Below are positions 1 through 9,121 of a DNA stretch of 64,000 nt, piece by piece. This DNA is from Flavobacteriaceae bacterium (GTDB lineage Bacteria; Bacteroidota; Bacteroidia; Flavobacteriales; Flavobacteriaceae). The position numbers and the translations under genes were made by a program. Each line of letters starts with the position of its first letter. Position 1 is the stretch's first letter. The notes under the pieces are model-generated. The model searched no databases, was not told the origin of the DNA, and saw only the letters and a program-made list of their open reading frames with translations. The DNA lies in the NCBI GenBank assembly GCA_016764435.1, contig JAESRX010000064.1:25818-89817 (forward strand), read 5' to 3'.

Positions 1-726
1 AACATACGTTTTGAAGGAAATTGGTTGAAAGAATTCAAACATCACCGTTCTGCACAAGATGATGGAGGCTGGAGTATTTTAGCCATCACTAAAGCGGTTA
101 ATTCTTGGATCAAGGATTGTACCTTTAAAAATGTAAACAATGCAGCTAAATTTAGTAGTTCCGCAGCGAGTACTGCCATTAATATTAACATCATAGGAAA
201 TCTAGGACATGCCTCTTTATCTGCCTCAGGTGGATCTACAGGAATCTTATTGGCTAAATTACAGGACACCGCAGGGATGCATCATGCCGCAGGTGTAGGT
301 GGAGGTTCCACTACAGCTACGGTTATTTACCGATCTGAACATCCTGCACACTCCTCTTTTGAATCGCATGCATCGCAACCGCGCTGTACCTTGTTTGACA
401 ATGTAACAGGAGGTTTCTTTTTAGGAAGAGCCGGTGGAGCACGACAAAACTTACCCAACCACGGACGCTATTTAGTCTTGTGGAATTATAATGAAACCGA
501 TGAAGCCGAACAAAACTTCGAATTTTGGTCTACAAAAACTTGGTATTGGAAAATAGTCCCTCCTATTATCGTAGGATTCCATGGAGCTGGAACAACTTTT
601 AAAATGGATGAAGTTCAAATTTTAGAAAGCTTAGGAACTCCCGTACAACCAACATCACTTTTCGAAGAACAATTAAAATTACGATTAGGAACATTGCCAC
701 AATGGATCAAATCATACCTGAATTAA
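1..726 (+). CDS. 5-prime-truncated secreted beta-helix protein (DUF4955 / pectate-lyase-fold-like), C-terminal part
   Basis: Frame 1 is open from nt 1 (NIRFEGNWLKEF...), so the gene starts upstream of the window. It has Gly/Ser/Ala-rich turn segments (SASGGSTGILLAKL, GVGGGSTTATV) and a ...PTSLFEEQLKLRLG tail like PUL beta-helix enzymes. A CBM-like protein and a sulfatase follow it. Confidence 0.6.
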   Translation, partial: NIRFEGNWLKEFKHHRSAQDDGGWSILAITKAVNSWIKDCTFKNVNNAAKFSSSAASTAININIIGNLGHASLSASGGSTGILLAKLQDTAGMHHAAGVGGGSTTATVIYRSEHPAHSSFESHASQPRCTLFDNVTGGFFLGRAGGARQNLPNHGRYLVLWNYNETDEAEQNFEFWSTKTWYWKIVPPIIVGFHGAGTTFKMDEVQILESLGTPVQPTSLFEEQLKLRLGTLPQWIKSYLN

Positions 727-739
727 ATTCCAAAATCAC

Positions 740-1330
740 ATGAAATACTTAGTACTCATTTGCTTATTCACCCTTACATTTAATGGTTTAGCACAAGAAA
801 AAATAATGGTCTCTGAAGATACATTTATCCAAGGAGGACCTTCGGCGGATATCGCTATGGGAGCCACTGTCCCAAAAAATATACGCATCTTTAATTCCAA
901 TGCCAATAGCAAATATGCACGTATTGGTTATTTAAAATTCAACCTTTCTAAAAAGATAAAAACAGTTAAAAATGTACGTCTTTGTATTCCTTTAAAAGTC
1001 TATAAATCAGCTAAAAATCCAACAGGAAAATTTGAATTGGAAGTCATGGCTATTGAAAATGACAATTGGAGTGAAAACAGTATCACATGGAACGATGCCT
1101 TAACTTTAGGAAAACAATTAGGAGCCATCAGTGTTTCACAAGCAACAAACGGAAAAAACCAATTGTTAACAATCCAATTAGATGTGGCTGTTTTTAATAG
1201 CCTTATCCTTAAAAAAGACACGACCGTTAGCCTAGCGTTAACCAACACTAATTTTAATAAAGTAAACGCCATGGCTCCGAGTAAAGAGCAATCTAAACGT
1301 GTCGCTGCTTATTTACTTATCAATGAATAA
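740..1330 (+). CDS. Secreted DNRLRE/CBM96-like carbohydrate-binding domain protein
   Basis: Signal peptide MKYLVLICLFTLTFNGLAQE. Motifs RIGYLKFNLSK and DNWSENSITWNDAL match the pattern (yLkFDLs ... W.E..vTWnn.P) of DNRLRE-type domains that accompany polysaccharide lyases. Confidence 0.6.
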   Translation: MKYLVLICLFTLTFNGLAQEKIMVSEDTFIQGGPSADIAMGATVPKNIRIFNSNANSKYARIGYLKFNLSKKIKTVKNVRLCIPLKVYKSAKNPTGKFELEVMAIENDNWSENSITWNDALTLGKQLGAISVSQATNGKNQLLTIQLDVAVFNSLILKKDTTVSLALTNTNFNKVNAMAPSKEQSKRVAAYLLINE

Positions 1331-1334
1331 TCCC

Positions 1335-2903
1335 ATGAAAAAAATCCTCATCTTAGCCTTGGCGATGCTTAGCATCACTTGTAAAACAAAAGAAGCTAAT
1401 ACAGAACTAACAGAGAAAAAACCAAATGTATTGATCATTTTCCCTGATCAATTACGTCGTTATAGTGCCGGATTTTGGTCTGAAGACGGTTTTAAAGAAC
1501 ATGTAGTAGGAAAACCAGACCCCGTGATTACTCCTACCATCGATAAATTAGCAAAAAACGGCGTCGTGTTTACGCAAGCCATCAGTAATTACCCATTGTG
1601 TAGCCCGTATAGAGGAATGCTTTTATCTGGAATGTACCCAGAACAAAGTGGAATTTGGAATAACTGTAGAGAAGGAAGAGACGACAGTTTAAATGATGAT
1701 ATGAAAACCATCACGGATTTATTCTTCGAATCAGGATATAACACCTCTTATTTTGGTAAATGTCACTGGTTAAAAACAGAACCATTATTTGATGAAAATG
1801 GAAATTATGTGGGTACAGAAGAGGCTCCAGGAGGGCATTATGTAAACACCTATGACACTTATGTCCCAGCAGGTCCAGGACGTCATAGCATTGAGTATTT
1901 TTATCAATCTTTAAAAGATGCACATTACAATCCGCATATTTATTCAAGTGATTCTAATACAATAGAAGGTAAAAAAGATGGACAACTACACTTGCCTAAA
2001 ATTTATTCTCCTAAGAACGAAGCGGATAAAATAGTATCGTATTTGAAAAACAATAATGCAGAACGCGATTCAGAGAAACCATTCTTTATGATCTGGTCTT
2101 TAAATCCTCCTCACAACCCTTGGGATGATAAAAACACCGACATGGATGCCTTAAGAAAGCATTACGACACGGATAAATATCCAAGTAATAAGGACCTTGT
2201 AGTTCGAGAAAATGCGAGTTTAAATGTTGCCAATCATTATGTCCGTAATTATTTTGCCAATGTCACCAGTACAGACACCTACATCGGTATTGTAATTGAC
2301 GAATTAGAGCGTATGGGAGTCTTAGATAACACCATCGTCATCTTTACTTCTGACCATGGTGAAATGCTAGGAAGCCACGGTTTAGAAGGGAAAAATGAGA
2401 TAGAATTAGAATCCGTAGCCGTACCGTTTATTGTACACTGGCCAAAAGGATTAAAAGCGAATATTAATGATATTTTAATGAGCGTACCGGACGTATTACC
2501 TACCACAATGGGATTGGCTGGAATTGCTTCTAAAATACCAGCAACGGTACAAGGAACTAACTTTGCCCCCTTGTTAAAAGACCCTCTAAATAGTACGATT
2601 AAAAAACCAGAAGGTGTGCTGTTAATGTTAGGGAATTCTAGAGGTATTGTCACCAATAGATATACTTTATGTTTGGAAGAAAACAAAAAACAATGGGACA
2701 AACGCAAAGGAACTGCCTTAGCTAAAAAGTTCATCTATGACAATCAAGAAGATCCTTACCAATTAAATAAAATTAATTTGGAAGACCTTCCAGAAGTAGC
2801 GGAAAAACTACTAATCCAATTAGGAAAACAACTAAAACATGCCAACGACCCTTGGTATAAAGAGAAAAAATACTCGGATGTAATTCCATATCCAAGTAAT
2901 TAA
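1335..2903 (+). CDS. Formylglycine-dependent sulfatase (lipoprotein)
   Basis: Sulfatase signature C-x-P-x-R in PLCSPYRGMLLSG, plus NVLIIFPDQLR and FTSDHGEMLGSHG. The ATG at 1335 gives the lipoprotein signal MKKILILALAMLSITC. The track start 1299 (or 1323) would overlap the upstream gene. Confidence 0.9.
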   Translation: MKKILILALAMLSITCKTKEANTELTEKKPNVLIIFPDQLRRYSAGFWSEDGFKEHVVGKPDPVITPTIDKLAKNGVVFTQAISNYPLCSPYRGMLLSGMYPEQSGIWNNCREGRDDSLNDDMKTITDLFFESGYNTSYFGKCHWLKTEPLFDENGNYVGTEEAPGGHYVNTYDTYVPAGPGRHSIEYFYQSLKDAHYNPHIYSSDSNTIEGKKDGQLHLPKIYSPKNEADKIVSYLKNNNAERDSEKPFFMIWSLNPPHNPWDDKNTDMDALRKHYDTDKYPSNKDLVVRENASLNVANHYVRNYFANVTSTDTYIGIVIDELERMGVLDNTIVIFTSDHGEMLGSHGLEGKNEIELESVAVPFIVHWPKGLKANINDILMSVPDVLPTTMGLAGIASKIPATVQGTNFAPLLKDPLNSTIKKPEGVLLMLGNSRGIVTNRYTLCLEENKKQWDKRKGTALAKKFIYDNQEDPYQLNKINLEDLPEVAEKLLIQLGKQLKHANDPWYKEKKYSDVIPYPSN

Positions 2904-2927
2904 TAGATTGTTTATAATTTCACTAAA

Positions 2928-2958
2928 ATGGAGCTTCGAAAGGAGCTCCATTTTTTTT
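2928..2958 (+). terminator. Rho-independent terminator after the sulfatase
   Basis: atggagct / agctccat 8-bp stem with an 8-nt loop, followed by T8 (2951-2958), 25 nt after the stop codon. Confidence 0.7.
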
Positions 2959-3280
2959 GTTATTAAAATAGTATCCCTCAATGATGCCCTTTGAATTTTC
3001 AATCGACAGGCTGAAAAGCCTTTTTTATACTTTTAAATAAATAACACGTACGATAATGGTTCGAAACAGAAGCGACACCCAAGGTATTTAGGACATCAGT
3101 GGACAAAAATAGCGCGTAATTTCCCTGAATCAAAAGCTCTTTTAAATGAACAAAGACCACCCAATCCACGAAATAGCTATTTTCAAAAAAATAAATGCGC
3201 TATATTAGGCGAAGTAATACCTGAAATTTAGTGTGTTCTACCATTTATAACATGAAGCCTTAGGTGTAATTTACAGAAAA

Positions 3281-4558
3281 ATGAAAAAACTCAATAAAAT
3301 CGTAAAATTATCTCTTGGACTTCTCATAATCTTCACACTTTTTACTGTTGGATTTAAAATAAAAGAGCATTTTATTGGTGAAAAATATATTGAGTATTGG
3401 AAAAGCAATTCTAATCTTTACGAATCCGTAAATCAAAATGAGTCCTTTAATTTCAAAATATTTGAAAAAAGTGCCTTGGAGAACGACTTGGTTTTATTTG
3501 GAGAATTTCACGGGACAAAACAGACCATTAAAATTGACGTTCAATTTATTAAGTACTTAAACGATAAAGTGGGAATGAAAACCCATATTGCAGAATTTGA
3601 TTTCAGTCAAGCATATTTCCTGAATAAATATTTAAAAGAAGGCAACGATTCTATTATTCAATATGTGCTGAATTCTTGGATTATCAAACATGGCCATAAC
3701 AACAAAAGTTATAACGATAAATGGAGGGAAATTCATAAACTTAATAAAACTATAACTGATAGAAACCTACACATTAAGGTTTTAGGAATAGATAAAATTC
3801 AAGATTTTAAAATTACCCAACATCATTTATTAACTCTTTTTAAAAATCTAAATGTTCGACATAAAATCCCTAGAAATGAAAAAGAAATAATCAAATGGGC
3901 GAAAGAAGATTTAGCTACAATTATTGGCAACATAAAAAAAGATTCAAGCAATCAAAAATGGATAGAAGATGTTTTATTTATTCAAAAAAACATTGTCACC
4001 TTTAATAATCAGTCAAGAGAAGATTTTATGATTAATAATTTCACTGATTTATACAAGCGATATAATCTTGAAGGTCAAAAAATATATGGCTATTTTGGAG
4101 GAGCACACGTATTACAAAAAGAAATGAACGGCAAGAAGGATTTCGGAAAACTTGTGGTGATGTCTACTCTACCGTTAAGTAAAAAAACATACTCTATTAC
4201 CACAAGGTATATAGATAGTTATATGTCCGCACCTTCAGCATATTTACCTCCATTAATAAAAAAGGACACAGAGCATACTAAAATCTCCAACACTTGCGAT
4301 AATATGGCGCTATTGTACCATTACGGAATAAATGATTTAAAAAGTGTCACTAAAAAGTATTCAAACACGTTTTTTAATATTAACGCGCTCAATTCCCCTT
4401 ACAAAAACTCTTTACGACTCATAGATAACATAGGATTGTACAGTTTGCTGGCAGGAATGAGAGTAACAGATAAAGAATCAGTAACTACCGATTATATACA
4501 AGCTGTAATTCTAATTCGTAACTCGGACTGGGCTGTACCAACAAGTTTTATAGAATAA
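3281..4558 (+). CDS. Hypothetical N-terminally anchored protein, weakly erythromycin-esterase/ChaN (Tiki-superfamily)-like
   Basis: Long ORF with an N-terminal hydrophobic anchor (LSLGLLIIFTLFTVGF). The motif LFGEFHGTKQ...HIAEFDFSQAYFLNKYL resembles the GE..HGT.E...aE.d...a..n.y pattern of Ere/ChaN-type proteins. Functional call is weak. Confidence 0.55.
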   Translation: MKKLNKIVKLSLGLLIIFTLFTVGFKIKEHFIGEKYIEYWKSNSNLYESVNQNESFNFKIFEKSALENDLVLFGEFHGTKQTIKIDVQFIKYLNDKVGMKTHIAEFDFSQAYFLNKYLKEGNDSIIQYVLNSWIIKHGHNNKSYNDKWREIHKLNKTITDRNLHIKVLGIDKIQDFKITQHHLLTLFKNLNVRHKIPRNEKEIIKWAKEDLATIIGNIKKDSSNQKWIEDVLFIQKNIVTFNNQSREDFMINNFTDLYKRYNLEGQKIYGYFGGAHVLQKEMNGKKDFGKLVVMSTLPLSKKTYSITTRYIDSYMSAPSAYLPPLIKKDTEHTKISNTCDNMALLYHYGINDLKSVTKKYSNTFFNINALNSPYKNSLRLIDNIGLYSLLAGMRVTDKESVTTDYIQAVILIRNSDWAVPTSFIE

Positions 4559-4668
4559 ACAATACCTAAAAGCCTACAGAAGAAAAATTTAAAAAAAATT
4601 AGCGACCCCAATATTTTTTTGTATTTTTATACGCAACGAGCGATATACATGCTCCGCTGGCAATAATT

Positions 4669-5682
4669 ATGAAGAGAATCTTACTCCTTTTATTACTATT
4701 GATTTCTAACTTTATTTTTTGTCAAGAAAAATTTGATAATGAAAGAGAAATCAATAATATTTTATTTTATAATATTGAGGAAATAAGTAAAAAAATCAAT
4801 GAAACTACTACTCTTTTCGGGACATTATAAACACCAAAATCTGAATTTAATAAAATCCTTATCATCATTTCTGGAACAGGAAAGATATCTCAAAAAGCGC
4901 ACAATTACTTAACAGAATTTTTACTCCAAAACAATATTGGCGTTTTCAAATTTGACAAGAGAGGCGTTGGAAAATCTACGGGAGAATATGATGACCATCC
5001 AAAAATATATACAAATGATTTCATTGAAATTTACAAAGAGTTTAAAAAACTAAAAACTATCCATCATAAAAAAATAGGCTTTTTAGGGCACAGTTTAGGT
5101 GGCATCGTAACAATTAAAGCAATAGAAAACAAAATCAAACCCGATTTCTTAATACAGTGGGCTGCACCCATTGGAAAACCCAGAGAATTGATAAAATATC
5201 AAATTGAAAATGGAATCAAAAACTATGATCAATTAATCATTGGAAAAAACACGGAAGAACGCATAAAGGCTTTAAATTATGTTTATAAATTGATTGACCA
5301 AAACCCTACTAAAAACGCATGGGATTTATGGAAAATCGGAAAGAAAGAATCTAAAAAAGTACTCATAAATAAAAAATCTTTTTCTAATTACCTAACTCCT
5401 TTTTATGTTGGATTTGCACGAATGGACAACACAAAAACTTATCAGAATATTGATTTCCCAACCTTGGTAATTATCGGAAAAGAAGATGTTTTAGTAGCCC
5501 CCAATCAAACTAAAAAGGAATTGGATAAAATAGGAAATCCAACTATAGAATTCAAAGAATTGGGAGCATTAAATCACTTTATGACTAAAAAAGGAGCGAA
5601 TATAAAAACGAATGAGATTTACACTATTGATTTATCATTTAAAGAGTTTTTATCGGATTGGATAAACGACCTAAAAATATAA
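4669..5682 (+). pseudogene. Alpha/beta hydrolase interrupted by an in-frame TAA at 4828-4830
   Basis: The ATG at 4669 gives signal peptide MKRILLLLLLLISNFIFCQE...LFGTL, then TAA. The same frame continues TPKSEFNKILIIISGTGK...FDKRGVGKSTG...GFLGHSLGG (nucleophile elbow G-x-S-x-G) and runs into track ORF 5188-5682. A Tyr codon (TAT/TAC) is the expected ancestor in the G-T-L-Y-T-P context. Confidence 0.75.
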
Positions 5683-5715
5683 GCGATTGCCAACTCCAGC
5701 GATTAGAATTATCTG

Positions 5716-5796
5716 AACCCGTGAACCCCTACTATTCCTAAAGCCTAGTCACACTATTCCCTAGTAATTATGACCAACCATAATCAAAAGATCTCC
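5716..5796 (+). repeat. Dispersed intergenic repeat, copy A
   Basis: An ungapped hand alignment to 13568-13648 gives 68/81 identical positions (core cctaaag[ct]ctagtcacacta...agtaattatg[ac]cca). A second shared block, ataaagacc[t/c]c, follows at 5852-5863. Confidence 0.8.
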
Positions 5797-6121
5797 CTGT
5801 GAAATTCACACTACTACCATCCTGTTTTTCTTCAAAATATTCCGCTACGCAATAAAGACCTCCTTTTTTTTAAAAAAAATATCACCTAAAAACTAAAGGA
5901 ATCAAATTTAAAAAACAGTTCTTGGCCATTCCAAAAGTTTTTGTATTTTTAATCAAAATTAGCAATACACGCGTTCCATTGGAAATAGCGTAATAAGCTA
6001 ATGATCTATTCAATAACTTAATGAGCATTGACTTTTACTCACTGATATAACTTGATAACTCATTTGTGTTTTTTAGATAAAAATAAAACTATATTTTTGA
6101 GTGAACTATAAAAATTACAAA

Positions 6122-7702
6122 ATGAAAAACTATCTTTTTTTACTATTACATTTACTGTTTTTAAGTCTACATACTTTTGGCCAAACAGAGATTTCTTCAA
6201 AAATTAATAAGGTCAAAGTTTTTACACAAAATGCGCAAATAACTAGAAATATATCCTTTACCACTACGTCTGGAAATCAAGAAATTGTTCTTACTGGAAT
6301 CTCCACATACATCTCTCCTTCTAGTCTACAAATACAATTCAGCAATTCCAATTCCATCTTATTATCTGCGAAATATAAAAAAAACTATTTACTTTCAAAG
6401 AGCAATAATAAACATGCAGAAAACCTTCAAAAGCAACTAGAGGACTTAAAAGACGAGTTATCTTGGCTTAATGATAAAAAAAATAGTTTAAAAGGAATGG
6501 AAGACATTCTTAATAAAAATCAAGATTTAGGGAACGGAAATTCTAGTTTTACAGCACAACAAGTTATCCAATTAAGTAATTCTTACGAACTAAAATATTT
6601 AGAAATAAGGAAACGTTTAAGAGGTTTATCAAAAAAAGAGCAGTCTCTAAAAGAAAAAGCAGCTAACATCCAAAACCAATTAAACGAAGTTAATGCTGCA
6701 TTTAATAAGCCAAGTGGAAATATAATACTTCAAATAGCATCAAAAACATCAAACATAGTAACTATTAAATGTAAGTACATGGTGAGTAATGCTGGATGGT
6801 ATCCTATATATGATATACGTTCTGAAAGTGTTAAAAAAAATATTCAACTTAATTACAAAGCAACTATTTATCAAAAAACCGGTGTAGATTGGGAAAACGT
6901 GTCAGTCATTGTCTCAACAGGGAATCCATCTCAAAATAACAATAGACCTATTTTAAACCCTTTATATCCGATCATTTACCCAAGAATAATAGACGAAAAC
7001 AAGGAGATGCTAGATGAAGTTGTTATTGTTACAAATACATCTCTTACAAAAAGTAATAATTTTGTGAAACGTACTCAAATTTCCGAAAATCAATTAAGCG
7101 TTGATTTTAAAATTTTAAACAAACAGCATATTAATAGTGACGGAAAAGAAAATTTAATAGCACTAAAATCTTACGAATTAAAGACAGATTACATTTACCA
7201 TAGTGTTCCTAAACTAAATAAAAGTGCATTCTTACTTGCCAAGATAAGTGACTGGAGCCAATATAATTTAATCGCAGGAAAAGCAAACATATTTTTTGAA
7301 GGAGGATTTGTAGGGACCTCTCAAATAAACCCACAAGTAACATCTAATTCATTATTAATTTCTATGGGACTAGACAATAGTATTGTTATTGAAAGACGCT
7401 CTATTAAAGAGTTTACTTCTTCAAAATTTATTGGAGCCAATAAAAAAGAAACTATTGGTTATGAATTCATTGTAAAGAACAAAAAATCTGTTCCAATAAA
7501 AATCGAAATCTTAGATCAAATCCCTGTATCTCAAAACAAAATGATTCAAATTGTTTTAGAAGAAAAAGGAAGTGCAAAATACTCACAGAATTCAGGGGAA
7601 TTAATTTGGACAATGGATATTAATGCAAGACAAACAAAAAAGGAACGTTTTATATATACTGTCAAATATCCAAAAAAACAACTGGTGATTGGAATTAAAT
7701 AA
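6122..7702 (+). CDS. DUF4140/DUF4139 (MuiA-type) secreted protein
   Basis: The ATG at 6122 gives signal peptide MKNYLFLLLHLLFLSLHTFGQ. Architecture is an N-terminal beta region, a central coiled coil (LQKQLEDLKDELSWLNDKKNSLKGMEDIL) and a long C-terminal beta domain, as in the TIGR02231/DUF4139 family. Confidence 0.65.
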   Translation: MKNYLFLLLHLLFLSLHTFGQTEISSKINKVKVFTQNAQITRNISFTTTSGNQEIVLTGISTYISPSSLQIQFSNSNSILLSAKYKKNYLLSKSNNKHAENLQKQLEDLKDELSWLNDKKNSLKGMEDILNKNQDLGNGNSSFTAQQVIQLSNSYELKYLEIRKRLRGLSKKEQSLKEKAANIQNQLNEVNAAFNKPSGNIILQIASKTSNIVTIKCKYMVSNAGWYPIYDIRSESVKKNIQLNYKATIYQKTGVDWENVSVIVSTGNPSQNNNRPILNPLYPIIYPRIIDENKEMLDEVVIVTNTSLTKSNNFVKRTQISENQLSVDFKILNKQHINSDGKENLIALKSYELKTDYIYHSVPKLNKSAFLLAKISDWSQYNLIAGKANIFFEGGFVGTSQINPQVTSNSLLISMGLDNSIVIERRSIKEFTSSKFIGANKKETIGYEFIVKNKKSVPIKIEILDQIPVSQNKMIQIVLEEKGSAKYSQNSGELIWTMDINARQTKKERFIYTVKYPKKQLVIGIK

Positions 7703-8391
7703 AACACTATTCACTGTTTATACTAAGCCAAAAGTAGCCCCTTAATTCCGTTGAGAAACAACCAGGGTTTTCTTCTTTTCTATTCTATTCTTATACGAAC
7801 CGTTGTCTGTATTTAAAAAATAGGTTTTAAATGAAAAACCAATCGTAATAGACAACGGTTCCAAAGAAAAACGTCCTATTTCGTAAGAAAAAACGGCTAA
7901 AAACGTATAAAAAAAAAGGGATTAACAGCCTATTAGAAGCTTGGATTTAAACAATAAAAAACAACTTGTATTATTCGCTTTTGGGAAGATAAAATTTATT
8001 TATAAATGCTCCTGAAAAAGAGATTAGACAGGGTTTAAAATACACTCCCAATATCAACAAAGGGAAGTAACTCTAGAAATTTCGAATTATTTGACAGTAT
8101 AAAAAATGCCTCACAAAAGTAATTGTTTTACCGTTACCACAGAGTCTAAAGCTTCCATACTCATTAAAAACCAAAGCATTAGTTATTCATCATAAAGACA
8201 ATTTCCAGTTGTTTTTTACGTTACTAAAAAAACAAACACATTAGCTACAAATTTTCAACTAGAGAAAAAAGATAAGATAACTAAAAGATTTCGGAATAAA
8301 CACGCAACAAAAAGGGCGCTCTTTTCAAGCCTACCCACACCATAACTAAAGTATTCAAAATCAATAAATTTAACTGTAAACAAAAAATATA

Positions 8392-9111
8392 TTGGAACTA
8401 TTTATTGAAAATGCCTTACATAATTATTCTTATCTTGTTTTATTTGGGCTGTCTTTTGGGTATTTTCTTTTTCTGTATTTCGGAATTGGAGCTTTGTTTT
8501 TATTCGCATGCAAAACCCTAGAAAAAAACAAGATACTTACTAAAATAAAATCTAAAGACGTTCCAAAAGAACAAATTTATTTTGAAATAAAACACTCCAT
8601 AAAATCAATAATCATTTTTGGTTTATCACCAATACCTATTAGCTACTTAATTAGGAATGGCAGTATAGAACTACTACCCAATACAGGATTTAATATTCTA
8701 ACAGGCATTATTTTACTCACTTTATGGAATGAAATTCATTTTTATGTAGTTCATAGGACAATGCATCAAAAATTAATGATGAAACATGTACATGTTATTC
8801 ATCATCGAACCCATATTCCTACAGTGTATTCTGTTTACAGTTTTCATTGGTTGGAAGCCTTGCTATTAAGTACGGTACCTTTAACTATTATTCCATTTAT
8901 TCCTTTTTCTATAATTGCAGTTTTTATATACCCTTTTGTGAGTATCCTATTGAATTTTGCAGGGCATTGTAATTATCGTTTTGGAAATGGAAAAGGTACT
9001 AGTTGGAAACTTTTTGGAACCTACCACAACGAACATCATAGCAGCGGAAGAAAAAACTATGGGTTTACACTTAACTTCTTGGATAAATTATTTTCCAAAC
9101 ATAACAAATAA
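8392..9111 (+). CDS. Fatty acid hydroxylase / sterol desaturase superfamily membrane protein
   Basis: Polytopic membrane protein with three His boxes: HRTMH, HVIHH and HNEHH. There is no in-frame ATG near the N-terminus, so a TTG start at 8392 is assumed. It lies 10 nt upstream of the next gene. Confidence 0.75.
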   Translation: MELFIENALHNYSYLVLFGLSFGYFLFLYFGIGALFLFACKTLEKNKILTKIKSKDVPKEQIYFEIKHSIKSIIIFGLSPIPISYLIRNGSIELLPNTGFNILTGIILLTLWNEIHFYVVHRTMHQKLMMKHVHVIHHRTHIPTVYSVYSFHWLEALLLSTVPLTIIPFIPFSIIAVFIYPFVSILLNFAGHCNYRFGNGKGTSWKLFGTYHNEHHSSGRKNYGFTLNFLDKLFSKHNK

Positions 9112-9121
9112 CAAACACTAA

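Noticed and set aside
1299-1334. Upstream starts (1299, 1323) for the sulfatase. Similar upstream track starts exist at 6101 (GTG), 15732 (GTG), 24362 (TTG), 39575 (TTG) and 44614.
   Set aside because: Downstream ATG codons give canonical signal or lipoprotein peptides and avoid overlaps, so the upstream extensions add non-signal-like residues. Experimental N-termini would be needed to be sure.
3046-3240. Plus-strand open frame without Met (..RHPRYLGHQWTKIARNFPESKALLNEQRPPNPRNSYFQKNKCAILGEVIPEI) after the sulfatase terminator
   Set aside because: It has no start codon and no recognisable family. It could be a decayed gene at the left edge of the accessory block, but this cannot be supported.
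7797-7861. Perfect 12-bp inverted repeat with a 41-nt spacer, as a terminator or MITE end
   Set aside because: The loop is too long and there is no T-run for an intrinsic terminator. A single 12-bp inverted repeat within ~60 nt is not far from chance expectation in 64 kb. It is mentioned only within the leader-region finding.
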